Positions 53,941 to 64,000 of a stretch of DNA of 64,000 nt are shown here, in pieces. This DNA comes from Lingula anatina (lineage: Eukaryota > Animalia > Brachiopoda). Where the stretch lies: assembly GCA_051362555.1 (NCBI GenBank), contig CM120641.1:8370001-8434000 (forward strand), in the 5' to 3' direction. Below the pieces are notes generated by a model. That model saw nothing but the letters and a program-made list of their open reading frames with translations, was not told the DNA's origin and did not search any database. A program made the position numbers and the translations under genes. Each line of letters begins with the position of its first letter. Within the stretch, counting starts at the first letter, position 1.

Positions 53941-56900
53941 TTTAAGCAATTTTTTTTGTGAAATTTATCTCATTCTGGCATTTCCAAAGTATGAACTTTA
54001 ACTCTTATCAGCCTGAAGCCTTAGGGACCATTTCTAGACCCTATCAAGCTAACTGTGGATCGATCTATCTCCAAGGGAATTCTCGCTAAACTGCAATCAA
54101 TATAAGTGGCTTAGCTGTCTGTCACGCCTACTGAAACTGGCATGCCAGAATAATAAGCTGCTTAAGCTGAAAGCAATTTAGTGAGAAACCCCTTGGAGTT
54201 AGATTGATCCTGTTAGATTGATCTAGGTATGGGAACTCAGTCTAATGCTTGTTACACATTTTACTTTCACCCAAATCCACTGTTATGCAGAATTAGAATT
54301 TGATGTTGGCTATGCAGTTACAGTAAGCATAATACATCAGTGCATCAGAATTGACAGTATCCTATTTTCTGCATTTTTTTCTGGTTTTTGTCTGTACATT
54401 TGACAGCTTTGCTGCCTTGTTGTTTGATAAAAACTTCCTTCACAACTTTTATTGGCCACACTCTTAGAGTGCATTCCCATAGATTTAGATCGATCCATCT
54501 AGATCGACCTAACTCCCTCGGGGTTCACGCTAAATTGATGTCAGCCTAGCGCGCATGGTAGTTAATTACCCCCTTACAGCTTTTAGTAGGCAGGAGAGAT
54601 GCTTAAGCCAGATAAGCTGACAGTAATGTAGTGAGACTCCCCACAGGGATATATTAATCTAAAATCTATGGGAATGAGGCCTTATTTTCTTCATGAAGCC
54701 ATGATGTGAACCTATTGTTTTGATGCACATGCAAGACGTGATTAAATGTGTTTGTTTGGATAGCACTGTGAAACAGATTTGTCAAAGCTCAGCTGATATA
54801 GTGACCAAAAGACAAAAAAAAAATACTGAGAGTCATTCTCATAAGTTGAAAAACTGATAGATAAGGATATTTTTTTTTTAGTCTGAATCTGGATGTTGGG
54901 AAGTATCCAGTCATGAGGACCTGTTTAGAGCAGGAAAGTTTACAGGTCTGTAAAAGAAATAACAGTAGAAAGAAACAAACAAAGGATGATAAAACATAAG
55001 CTTTAACACAAAGTTATGGCAGGCATGCACTATATTACGATCCTCCACCATTAAACTATAATCACGTGAATGGTGATATTTCCAGCCTGCAACACAAGAT
55101 AATGGGACAATGTCGTAAATTCTTAGAAAGTTGTAGGCTTTGATCATGATGAACAGGCCTATACCCAACTGCCAGACCCAGACCAAAGGATCCAAAATTC
55201 ACCAGTACAAACACCTAGTCTATTAGTGGAAGGTATTGTTTGAGGGGCCCTTGTTTGAATGCTAGCTTTCAGTGTTTCATACAGCAGCTGGGGTGTATCC
55301 TTCACAGGGGGGTGGCAATGCTTACACCCAGTTGAAATCAGGTCTTGGTATACTTTGCAGGACCCTTGCTACTAATTTGGCTATTTTTTACTCTGTTCTC
55401 TGTTGCTGACTGTAGCAGTCGGACTACTCTCACTAGGTATGGAGCTGCATTATAAGATAGAGGGCCACACCAAGGTATGATGGATCTAGCAGTGGCACTT
55501 TGGTCTTCTGCAACTCAAGGGTCCCATTTTGGTGTTTCCTCAGATGGTCAATTGATTTCCCAATACAACTACTAGCTTATAGTCTTGCATGGATATTGTC
55601 CTATCTCGCAGAATGTTTATAAGTTTGTTTTCGGGTCACGTCTCAGTGTCTCATTTTATAGATATTACACTGAAGGATTGGACACCATTTTGACATATGT
55701 ATGATTTGGTGTCCATAATTACCATGGTCTTCCTTTGCCTTATGAAGTAATTTGAAAATTAAGAAGTTGGCCCATAATCTGGCTAGTGAGCAACTGAGTA
55801 GGCAGGTAGATAAATGAAATAATAAGTGAATGCATGATGAAAGAATTGAAACAGTGGACATATGGAGGAAGAAATAAACTATTGAGGGCAATAAGTGAGT
55901 GAGCAATGAGGATGTATTAGTGAGATAATGAGATAATAAATGATTAAAGAAGTGAATAATCAAGTGTGAAGGTTGATGAGGCAATTGAATGTTCAGTGAG
56001 TGGGTTGTTTTGTGAGCTATCTGTAGGTTAAGGTACTCAAAGCAAAGAAAGCAACAGTGCCAGCTTAAGCCAACAACATTTGACATATATATATGTATAA
56101 GACTGACTTTTGGTGTGTTTTACAGACCATGGTTGTTATTGATTTACAGCCCACAAAAGATACAGATATGGTATATTATCAGTATATATCTGTTGATTAG
56201 TTGGGCATTGTTATTTACTTAATTGGGTCTATAGGAAAAAGTGCCTAGGTTGATATCCAATATCTTATGGTCATTAATTAATATATTTGGTATATAATGG
56301 CAGGTGTATTTGTATATGAAATACTGTGTAGTTTTATGAATGCATGCTAAAACCATGCATTTGTTTTTCTATAGGAAGAAGTGATTTAATGACGTGTAAT
56401 ATTGTAAATCAATTGTGAAAACACATTGTGTTAGGGTTTGATCCTTTAATTGTTACCCTTTCTCTTCACATCCTGAAAAGGTAGTGTGAAAAGTTGGTTG
56501 TGTTGTCTCAATGAGAGCAAGTTTGTAAATAATTAATGGGTGTTTAATTTATCACCATGCAGCACTTAGGAGATTGGATTGATTTCTGGGACCTTTCAGT
56601 CCCTCCAACCCATATGTCAAATGGATATTTTGGTCAAGTTCCTTTATATCAATGATTTATAATAATAATCCATAGTGTGTCTCATGAAATAAAGTTGAAT
56701 AAAGGAGAAGCTTTATACCTGGTCATAATGTATTATTTGTCATCTGTGTGTCAGCAACACCTTTTGTTTGCCAACTTTGCTGCTAAATAGCTGAAATGGT
56801 CAAGTAGTAGGAAGCACATAAAACTGAGGGCAAATAATGTCAGAAAAAGGTACCATCAAATTTGCAAGTATATCAAAAAAAGAACAAGGTATGTACATCA

Positions 56901-59900
56901 GTCACATGAATTATGAGTGAATTAATTACATTACTGATATTTCTCATGGGATGAAGAGTTTAGTACTTTTTGGTACTTAGGTAGCAGATCATGCAAGGAG
57001 AGACTTTGTGTCCAGTGGTCCTTGCATGTAGTATTTCTCTAGAGACAGAAGGCCAGTATATTTTCCATGCATCCTTTGACCGTTGATGGGAATGTTATTG
57101 GAATTGATAAGATTTTACAAATTAACATTGGAAAGTTCTCTGAAGGGAAAGGTATACATATAATTTAAGGTGTTAGAACCATTGAGTGTCTTTCTCTGAA
57201 ACTACTTTGAAAAGCAAAAAAAGTCATATCTTTGGGATAAAAAACAAAGTCTGGGATATCTCCAAGAGACATGTCAGTAGTTGAATTTTTACCTCTGGGG
57301 CCTGTCAATGCCTAGAGACAATTAGATGTATAATGTAGACCACCTACATGCCTGCGGCAGTCTTCAAATCATGCAATGTCATTTTGGCGTTTCTGTAATT
57401 TTCTGCATCAAAATCGTATAAAAGAATGTATTACCACCCATTTCACAGATGGGTAAGGATTATATGCTTCCTTAGAAGTTGTTTGCATGGATTGGATGTG
57501 TGAGGATGAAGCATGGAGTCATGTGATGAGAAAAAGTGATTCAGTTCCCTCCTCCCCCACAGTTTTGCATATTAATTTTACTATTTATTATTTTTTTCAA
57601 CCTTTCCAGTTACAGTTATAGAAAATTACGAATTATAAGTTAGAGCCTACTTATGGATTCAGTATATATAACCTAGCTGTCAGAATTTCAAGATCTTTGG
57701 TCTTTTTTTATTTTACTGAGAATCTTTTTCAGCTGTCCAAGGGGACAGTCCCACCCATGACCCAGATCTACTTGAATCTTCCAACAATGACATCAAATAC
57801 CAGCGGCGAAGAAGTCGGGCTGTGCTTTATCACCTCTCAGGACAGTTCCAGAAACCAAACAAGTCCAAACTCCAGTTAAATAAGGTAAGCTTGTAACTAC
57901 TTAGTAAACATACCTTTGCTTTTTTTATATTCAGTTAGGAAAGATCAGTTAGGAAAGAAGCTTACTGGCAGCTTGCTGGCTGTTCTTAACAAAGTCTCAC
58001 CTTACACATGTACAGCCAAGTACCCATGTACGTGTAATGGCACACAAATGAAATAGATGCAGAATTGTCTGTAAAAAAATAATAATAACCTGTGCTAACT
58101 GATTAAAGCAAAATATTTTGGTTAATCTGTCATTTTGGTTAATCTGTCGCACTGAACATTTGATATCGATTTTAATTGTTGAAGTTGTAATACTTAATTC
58201 TAGCAATAATTAGTTGCAATGTCAAATTAATTTTTCAAGACAATTCATTAGTGGGGTTATATAATAAAAGGGCCTTGAATGGCCAAATCTAGAACAAACA
58301 ATACTGTTGTTTGTTTACTTGGTATGGATGATAGTGTAAATGTTTGTTTTAATTTGGTCTGGAGGAGACAAAAAAATGTTCATCTGTTCATGAAAGTGAC
58401 TTCTATCATTCTGATGAATTATTAGGGCCATAAAATTGTCAATGCCTATTTATGAAGCAGTTTTGGCTTCACTATCTTTTCCCTGTCTTCTCTGAAATAG
58501 TTGGATAGTATGCTTAAATGTTATTGGAAATTGGCAAATATGTTTAATACATTGCATGTAAGAATTGAATATCCATAAGCAAAATAAGGGCTTATTCAAG
58601 GATATAAATTTTATCGCTTTTAAAATATGTTCAACATCAGATGGCCAAAATTGTGAAGTTTTATTATATAATTGAGCCAAAAAGACATAGAGCAAGACAC
58701 AAACACAATTTTATTTAAGATATATTTTATTTGGTACCTAGTTTTTTTTGCTGAGGATCAATATATCTGCTAGCTTTGTTTATAAACATTTTAGGCCTGC
58801 GTTGTTCATGAAGTCTCATATTTATCCCAGTTATATTCCGATTGGCCAGTTATAGCCAAGCAAGCCTAAAAAGTATTGTGATACAAGAGTTTTCTTGGAA
58901 ATGGTAGCTAGGTTTGTTTCATGTGACACTGTATGACATATGCATGTAAATGATATGGTTAATAGATGTAGCCTACTGTGAATTAATTTGGTTAGTTCCT
59001 GGCGTAGTGTTTTTCTCTGACAACTAACTTAACTGTCTGTTTTCATAAGTGTCCAGGTTGAGGATGAGTCTGCTGATCAGATAGAAAGTGTGATCAATGT
59101 GAATACCTGGAAAATGAATGTATCATTTGATCAGTGCATACATGACCAAATGCATTTTTGTTTGCCTTTCTTTTTTGACTGAAATGAAGATAGAGAGTGA
59201 TGTTTCATCATAGGAGAAATGACACTTAATTGATACAAATGCAATTATGATTGAGAAATCCATGTTGTGATAATACAATGAGACGACTGACCATCTAGTT
59301 TAAGTAAACAGGATGACCCCTGCTTGAGATTTCCTTGATAAAAAATACTGTTGATATATTAGAAGCAACAGGCCTTTCCTAAGTGAATAGATGCAATTCA
59401 TTGATTTTGACCAAGGTTTATCAATATATAGAATTGTCAGCTTTTCAGTCAATGCACCTGGGAGTTATGCTTCATTTTCAACATTTATGAGACCATCAGA
59501 CTTATGGGATTTTGTCTGCTGTAGTCATTCATGAGAACTAGTAGCCAGACTGGCTGTCTGTAAATGAAAAATAGAATTGTTCATTCAAAAAATGAAAAGA
59601 TGAATAGAACCAGTTACAGCAAATCGAAAAGGCTAACCATGATATGACCCTCGGCAGGCTGCCATATGTTGGACTAAAATTTACCAACCATATTCTATTT
59701 GGCCATTTTTCTTTCCATTCAAATAACTTAACAAATCCTCTATGGCTTAAAGAAGATTAGAATGAAATATAGGCTAAAGAGACTGTATATTAAACCTTAA
59801 AGGGCACTGATCAGGGATGAGATTTTTCTGACTAATATCAGATTTCCAACTTTTTGGGAGCTCCTTGACCCCACGCCACTATTTTCCAACTTTTTCACTA

Positions 59901-61182
59901 AATGACAATCTGATCCCTGAATGATGTAGATTTCTTCCTTTAATGCAGTATTTTTCACTCGGACTCTGTCTACATTGTGTAAAAATTTTTTCGTGGAAGA
60001 TGTGTTCTCTGTTCATTCATGTAAAATGACTCATAAAATAGATCAAAAAGTTCAGTTGAATTAGTTAAATAGATTTATCTTTTTTAACTTCTAAGAGAAT
60101 ATTTAGTTTTTTATGCCCCAACAAAAAAGGCGGGATGTGTGGAATGAAAAGAATGAAGCATTGGTACATTTTCTTTCTCTCTCAGACTAAAGGAATTCTT
60201 TACAGAGAGGAAATAAATGTTGTTACAGAGGAAAAAGTACTGCAATGTGACCAGTTTTCACTTGATTATCTGTAGCTTTACTATTTTAGCTAGGGATCAG
60301 ATCTACATTGAACTGGACTGTCCAAATGACTTTAAATACCAATGTTTGCTTATCTGTTGTTTTCAGCTCCAAAACCTTTCTGGTAAAAAAACTCTTCCTG
60401 AATACAAAGTACAAGAAGCCCACCGACCCCGACTCATTCTTCTCCACTACAGTATCTTCAAGATAGCATGGGACTGGCTTATTCTTCTCTGTACATTTTA
60501 CATCGCAGTTATTGTCCCGTTTAATGCGTGTTTTGTGGCAACCCAAGAAGATGGGGAGCGGAAGTCTCTTGTCGCAGATGTGATAGTAGAAATGTTATTT
60601 ATTATAGGTAAGTCACAATGTCCTCTTATTCTGTTGGACTAAGTTTTGGTTTTAGCTGTAAATTTTTTTCCGTTTTGTTTGAACGATAACTTTCCAAGAT
60701 ATCAGATAAAAATGATGTTTTGAATTTTAAAATGAATTTTAAAATGAATTTTCTGTTGATTCATACATAAAGAAAAGTCTGTTAAGGTTAGGGGTTTCTC
60801 AAGAGCCTACTCTTTTAACATATGGTAAATATGCATCTAGCACATAGTTTATGTAAATCAGTTTCCCATATAGATTATATTTTATGATAGTCAACTAGCT
60901 TAAATCAAGATTTAAACATGCTTAAGAAAAGAAGTTGAATAAAAATTTTTGCCATATTTTGCATTGTTTGTTTGCAGCTTTTTTTTTTTTTTTTTCTCAT
61001 GTACTTTGTTTTTTTTTCTTCCAGATATTGTTTTAAATTTTAGAACTACATATGTTAGTAGTAGTGGGCAAGTCATATATGATCCCAAGATGATTGCCAT
61101 CAACTATATCAAAGGCTGGTTTGTACTGGACCTACTAGCAGCAATTCCCTTTGACTTACTGTACATGTTACAAGTGGATACG
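34476..61182 (+). CDS. KCNH8: Elk-subfamily EAG voltage-gated K+ channel (KCNH3/4/8 = Kv12-like), 5' part only. join(34476..34551,48520..48750,52378..52503,57733..57884,60367..60607,61025..61182), continuing beyond the window
   Basis: [35 protein letters not shown]...[12 protein letters not shown] (PAS cap/PAS), then [22 protein letters not shown] (PAC). The Elk-specific [13 protein letters not shown] follows, then LPEYKV, WDWLILL (S1), [11 protein letters not shown] and [15 protein letters not shown] (S2-S3). All introns are GT-AG with consistent phases. The symbol denotes the subfamily, since the gene is presumably co-orthologous to KCNH3/4/8. Confidence 0.93.
39218..39440. mobile_element. 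Degenerate palindromic MITE
   Basis: Inverted arms cttgctgagtgcaatcag / ctgattgcattcagcaag. Begins attcccatag like the neighbouring family. Confidence 0.45.
39445..39652. mobile_element. PIF/Harbinger (Tourist-like) palindromic MITE
   Basis: Flanked by TAA on both sides. Internal palindrome ctggcttaaatgtctgtca...tgacagacattgaagccag, centred on tagggggtaa/ttacccccta. Confidence 0.6.
39679..39892. mobile_element. PIF/Harbinger-like MITE, an inverted homologue of 54467-54681
   Basis: Colinear with the reverse complement of 54467-54681 over its full length (for example ggggagtctcacta, taaggggtaattaact, atttagcgtgaacccc, agggagttaggtcgatc). Confidence 0.7.
42219..42558. repeat. Near-perfect 170-bp tandem duplication (2 copies)
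   Basis: ccctattttctgttatacc...gaaactc at 42223 and 42393, with one internal substitution seen. Confidence 0.95.
43785..43835. repeat. (AT)n microsatellite
   Basis: About 25 AT units. Confidence 0.97.
44378..44833 (-). mobile_element. HINE-like (Helentron-associated) element, family B, interrupted by a MITE
   Basis: Terminal aactagaaaagcactcagagag (CTAGTT end on the minus strand). Perfect 12-bp subterminal IR acctctgacaag (44405-16) / cttgtcagaggt (44821-32). A (caaa)n microsatellite lies near the other end. Confidence 0.7.
44430..44576. mobile_element. Harbinger-type MITE with a CAG target-site duplication, nested in the HINE
   Basis: CAG|ggccccatatctcgaaagtgtcgcgtattacg ... cgcaatgcgcgatgctttcaagatatggggcc|CAG gives ~32-bp imperfect TIRs and a 3-bp CWG TSD. 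Confidence 0.75.
48520..48750 (+). CDS. KCNH8: Elk channel exon 2 (PAS domain)
   Basis: tttcag|AT acceptor and AATG|gtaagt donor. Translates [45 protein letters not shown]...FYKKN. 231 nt. Confidence 0.96.
49411..50230 (+). mobile_element. Older, truncated copy of HINE family A (stops before the 146-bp array)
   Basis: Diverged colinear match to 23270-24150 (catggttttagt, gggctttgtcggta, caatgcacccttgtccaaaa, tgacctttgaccttt, gttacgctg..tcaaaaagtacat). Confidence 0.85.
52378..52503 (+). CDS. KCNH8: Elk channel exon 3 (PAC motif: [30 protein letters not shown])
   Basis: ttttag|GA acceptor and GCAG|gtaagg donor. Confidence 0.95.
53490..53812 (+). mobile_element. Short HINE-like element, family C
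   Basis: A 5' T-run and a perfect 13-bp hairpin atgtacagacaca-ga-tgtgtctgtacat (53496-53523), then a gtcgccgtcgccgcc micro-repeat. The 3' end has a partial subTIR ctgtac, a stem-loop tgttac-ttt-gtaaca and a T-run. Confidence 0.6.
53887..53937. repeat. (TA)n microsatellite
   Basis: About 25 TA units. Confidence 0.97.
54024..54242. mobile_element. PIF/Harbinger-like MITE (same superfamily as the copies at 39.4-39.9 kb)
   Basis: Flanked by TTA/TAA. Inverted arms gatcgatctatctccaaggg / cccttggagttagattgatc. Confidence 0.6.
54467..54681. mobile_element. PIF/Harbinger (Tourist-like) MITE with a TTA target-site duplication
   Basis: TTA|gagtgcattcccatagattt ... aaatctatgggaatgaggcc|TTA, with a 15-bp perfect inner TIR. 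Confidence 0.75.
57733..57884 (+). CDS. KCNH8: Elk channel exon 4 (...[29 protein letters not shown])
   Basis: tttttcag|CT acceptor and AAG|gtaagc donor. Contains the Elk-diagnostic [13 protein letters not shown], read in a different frame from the listed ORF. Confidence 0.93.
59812..59919. mobile_element. Small MITE with CAGGG...CCCTG termini (hAT-like ends)
   Basis: cagggatgagatt / aatctgatccctg form a 13-bp inverted repeat with one mismatch. No clear TSD. Confidence 0.45.
60367..60607 (+). CDS. KCNH8: Elk channel exon 5 (LPEYKV..., S1 and the start of S2)
   Basis: ttttcag|CTC acceptor and ATAG|gtaagt donor. Translates [33 protein letters not shown]...[10 protein letters not shown]. Confidence 0.96.
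61025..61182 (+). CDS. KCNH8: Elk channel exon 6 (S2-S3: [46 protein letters not shown])
   Basis: ttccag|AT acceptor and ACG|gtaagt donor. Canonical EAG-family S2-S3 linker. Confidence 0.96.
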
Positions 61183-61214
61183 GTAAGTATTCATTGACAC
61201 CAGAACTTGGGAAC

Positions 61215-61350
61215 CAATTACAACCTGAATGCCACAGGGGGAAATTACATGAATTGCTCTTAATAACAACTCAGAAGTGGATCTTGAACCACTTTAGTGT
61301 AGCTGTCTACTTAAGGAGTTGGTGATTGCTTTACCAAATGCTAGGTCCAC
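61215..61350 (-). mobile_element. Possible degenerate tRNA-derived SINE head
   Basis: The minus strand shows A-box-like tagcatttggtaaag and B-box-like ggttcaagatcc at plausible spacing. No intact cloverleaf. Confidence 0.25.
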
Positions 61351-63385
61351 AGCATATGGTCAAGCAGTCAACCTCCACTGACTGAAATCAACTTTTATAA
61401 CCAAAGCTACTTGTGCTCGTCTCTGATTGTTCAGCAGCCAAAGTGTCCACAGATTCATGCAGAACTAACAAAAAGTAAAAAAATTAAGTGTTCAAGATGG
61501 TGGCTTATGTGAATAGACCCTTATATTTAAAATGTTGGAACATAGCCTCAGCATATCTATTACACCTTATTAACACACCTCATTCAAGCTGACAGTACAT
61601 TGTAGATATTACCTTCAGATGATAATGGGTTAGAGTGCCAGGTGGTGTGAGCACAATTTGCAGTCATTTGAGCATTTTTTCAAAGCAACATTTCTCCATC
61701 TCATTTTTTAAATTGTATTTGATCTGGTATATATTCCTCATTTTTTGTCAGAGCTGTTGAGTTTAATACCTCCAGGCTGTGCATGAAGCTATTTTTTATT
61801 TTTTGTTGTCACACTTTCTCTTACACTTGTGCAACCTTCAATTTCATGTCTGATTCATTGTGGATCAAGCTTTTTTATGCATTTACCTTCTAGATGTTAA
61901 TACTGTTTTTTCCGTGAAGGTTTTCTGCTTATAGACGTACACATTGTCATTTGCCTGAGGCAGCAGCATCTTTTCCAGAGCATTGCAATTTGAATTTTGC
62001 CAATCATTTCCTTCATGTAGCTCAACACTGAGATATCATTGAGAATGAACATATCAGAAGATATCAAATATCAGGATAAAAGTTGCAGATAGGTTCAATA
62101 TGTTTTATTTAGTTGGTTGAAAAGTTCAGTTCTGTATTAGCCCCCTATTTCGGAATGTTTTGTAAGTCAGTCTTAGCTAATTACACATGCTAAGAATATT
62201 AGCAGCCTTAGTTGCCTATATATAACCACCCATTGAAACAGCAACTGAGAGTCAAAGCAACTTAAGCTCAGATCTATAATACACTTCATATCATATTCGG
62301 AAGCATTTTGATCAAGACATTTATCATTTTAATACCAGAAATTTTATTTTGCATTCCAGAAATTTTATTTTACTTTCTTTATATGCATATTGTACTTATT
62401 AACTCTCTAGTGGACTGCCCATTGTAAACTCCCAATTTGATCTGTATGTGACATTGACAGTGTAAAAGATCAATAGATATCAACATAAATCTTCTGTAGA
62501 ATGTGATAAGGATGATATCTGTTTAATATTTCATCCGATTATGAAAAATTAATGTAAATGAGAATTGGTCTCATCCTAATACCATGGTGACAAAGGCTAC
62601 TTTTGGAATTAAGACAACTTATGTTTGATAGATTATAATCATACATTTATCATGAGCCAATCATGCTTGTAGTGATATTTAATAGTAGGTTTTGTGTACT
62701 AGTAGTCTTCTGAGTTAAGTAGTCCTAGTTTTACATGAAAGCTTCAGCCATGTTGTGAATAAGGAAGGCATCAGTGCCCATGCAGTTCATCAAGTAAACT
62801 TCTCATCGTGAAAAAAAAAAAAAAAAAAAAAAGAAAAAAGATCAGCTTAATCAATTAACAGTATTTGCTCCTCTCAGGTGAACAGAATCTTATTAATTAT
62901 GTCAGAAGTATACATGATAAGTTAGATATAATTAAGTTTCCCAAATTGGTGTTTTTCATAGACACTTTCCATATAATGTCTCTTGCACACCATATGATAC
63001 ATGAATGCAAATGATAGCATTTGATACAGGTCAGTCAGCTCATAAAGTATGTACCACTTTGGGAAATGGTAAATAATGGGAAAAAAAGACTGACTAGATT
63101 GAGGTGCCATTCAAGCAAGTTCAATTTTTTTCACACAATCAATCAAGATAATATGAAAAGGGCACATTTTATCAATGATAATTATAAGCTGCATGTATGT
63201 GTTAACCTAAGTGAGCCTGTACATGCACACATACAGAGACATACACACACATATAGTAAATATGGCAAAGCCACAATAACATCATTGAATTTTCTTTGTA
63301 CAATTAAATTAATTAAATTAATTTTAAACAATTAAAAAAAATGTATCTAATAATTTGAATGTCTCCAGAATCAGATTTCCACATA

Positions 63386-64000
63386 ATTGTACCGCCAGCG
63401 TTAGCGCTGGCGGTACACATGGTTTTAGTCCCATCCGGTCCGTTCCGCCGGCTCCGCCGGCTCCTGCGGCTCCGCCGCCATGTTACCGTTACCGCTTCTC
63501 CTCCTAGACGGTAAGGGCCCCCATACCCATCTCTTGGATTTAGGTCACCTATAATCTCAACTCCTTCCACGTAAAATTTGGGCTTTGTCGGTATTGGGGT
63601 CTAGGTGTGGCACTCATTGCAATGCACCCTTGTCCAAAAATGGCAAAATTAAATGCTAATTATCTACCCTACGGAAGGAATTATGGGAAAAATTTCTACA
63701 GATGGCTTTCCAAAAGTCATATGTGTAGATTTCAAATATGCCCTTGGATTTGACCTTTGACCTTTATTTCAAGGTCAAACGGGCAAAAATTTTCAAAAAA
63801 ATGAATTTTTTTTCGAAAAAAAATTTATTTGCGCTGTTATTCAGACACCACACAGACTTAACCAATAATATTATTGGAAAATGTTACCCTTCAGGTCATC
63901 TTTCATCTGTGTGAATTTGGGGTCAATCGGTGCATTTTCACGGGTGTAGCGGCCATAAGATACCGAAACTGAAAACTGTCTCTAATTCGGGAACCGTTAA
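63386..64000 (+). mobile_element. Third copy of HINE family A (5' end, runs off the window)
   Basis: Perfect 13-bp hairpin tgtaccgccagcg-ttag-cgctggcggtaca (63388-63417). High identity to 23248-23851. Confidence 0.9.

Noticed and set aside
54882-54945. Strong-looking acceptor (t10-ag) in Elk intron 3
   Set aside because: In the required phase 1 it reads GTC TGA (immediate stop), so there is no support as a coding exon.
55380-55750. Possible degraded retroelement 3' end; similar GC-richer intronic patches at about 7740-8170, 9420-10380 and 17360-17990
   Set aside because: No recognisable RT, endonuclease or transposase motif by eye. These are probably old repeats but cannot be classified here.
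55643-56086. 147-aa His/Leu/Ser-rich minus-strand ORF
   Set aside because: It derives from a degenerate (GAGT/GAAT)n-like low-complexity tract, with a similar tract at 53060-53240.

Overview
AT-rich eukaryotic genomic DNA with spliceosomal GT-AG introns and CpG-depleted gene bodies. It most likely comes from a marine invertebrate such as a mollusc or other lophotrochozoan (inference from repeat types and composition). Almost all ORF-track entries are spurious or only overlap real exons. Two head-to-tail + strand genes were assembled by hand. (1) A complete 16-coding-exon SPATS2/SPATS2L-family gene (CDS 2663..30376, 2685 nt, 894 aa, all intron phases consistent), with a candidate poly(A) signal at 33558. 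(2) The first six coding exons (34476..61182, continuing beyond the window) of an Elk-subfamily EAG potassium channel (KCNH3/4/8-like: PAS cap, PAS, S1-S3). The introns carry three families of Helentron-associated non-autonomous elements (HINE/DINE-1-like), PIF/Harbinger-type palindromic MITEs, other MITEs and microsatellites. One 3.5-kb element contains a 14-unit 146-bp tandem array rich in nuclear-receptor DR1 motifs. The most notable points are the SPATS2-Elk adjacency, which mirrors human SPATS2-KCNH3 and suggests ancient microsynteny; the DR1-bearing satellite carried in a Helentron-like element; and inverted MITE copies flanking the frame-preserving PAS exons. No prokaryote-type system (CRISPR, operon) is present, and no wholly new biological system can be claimed from the sequence alone.
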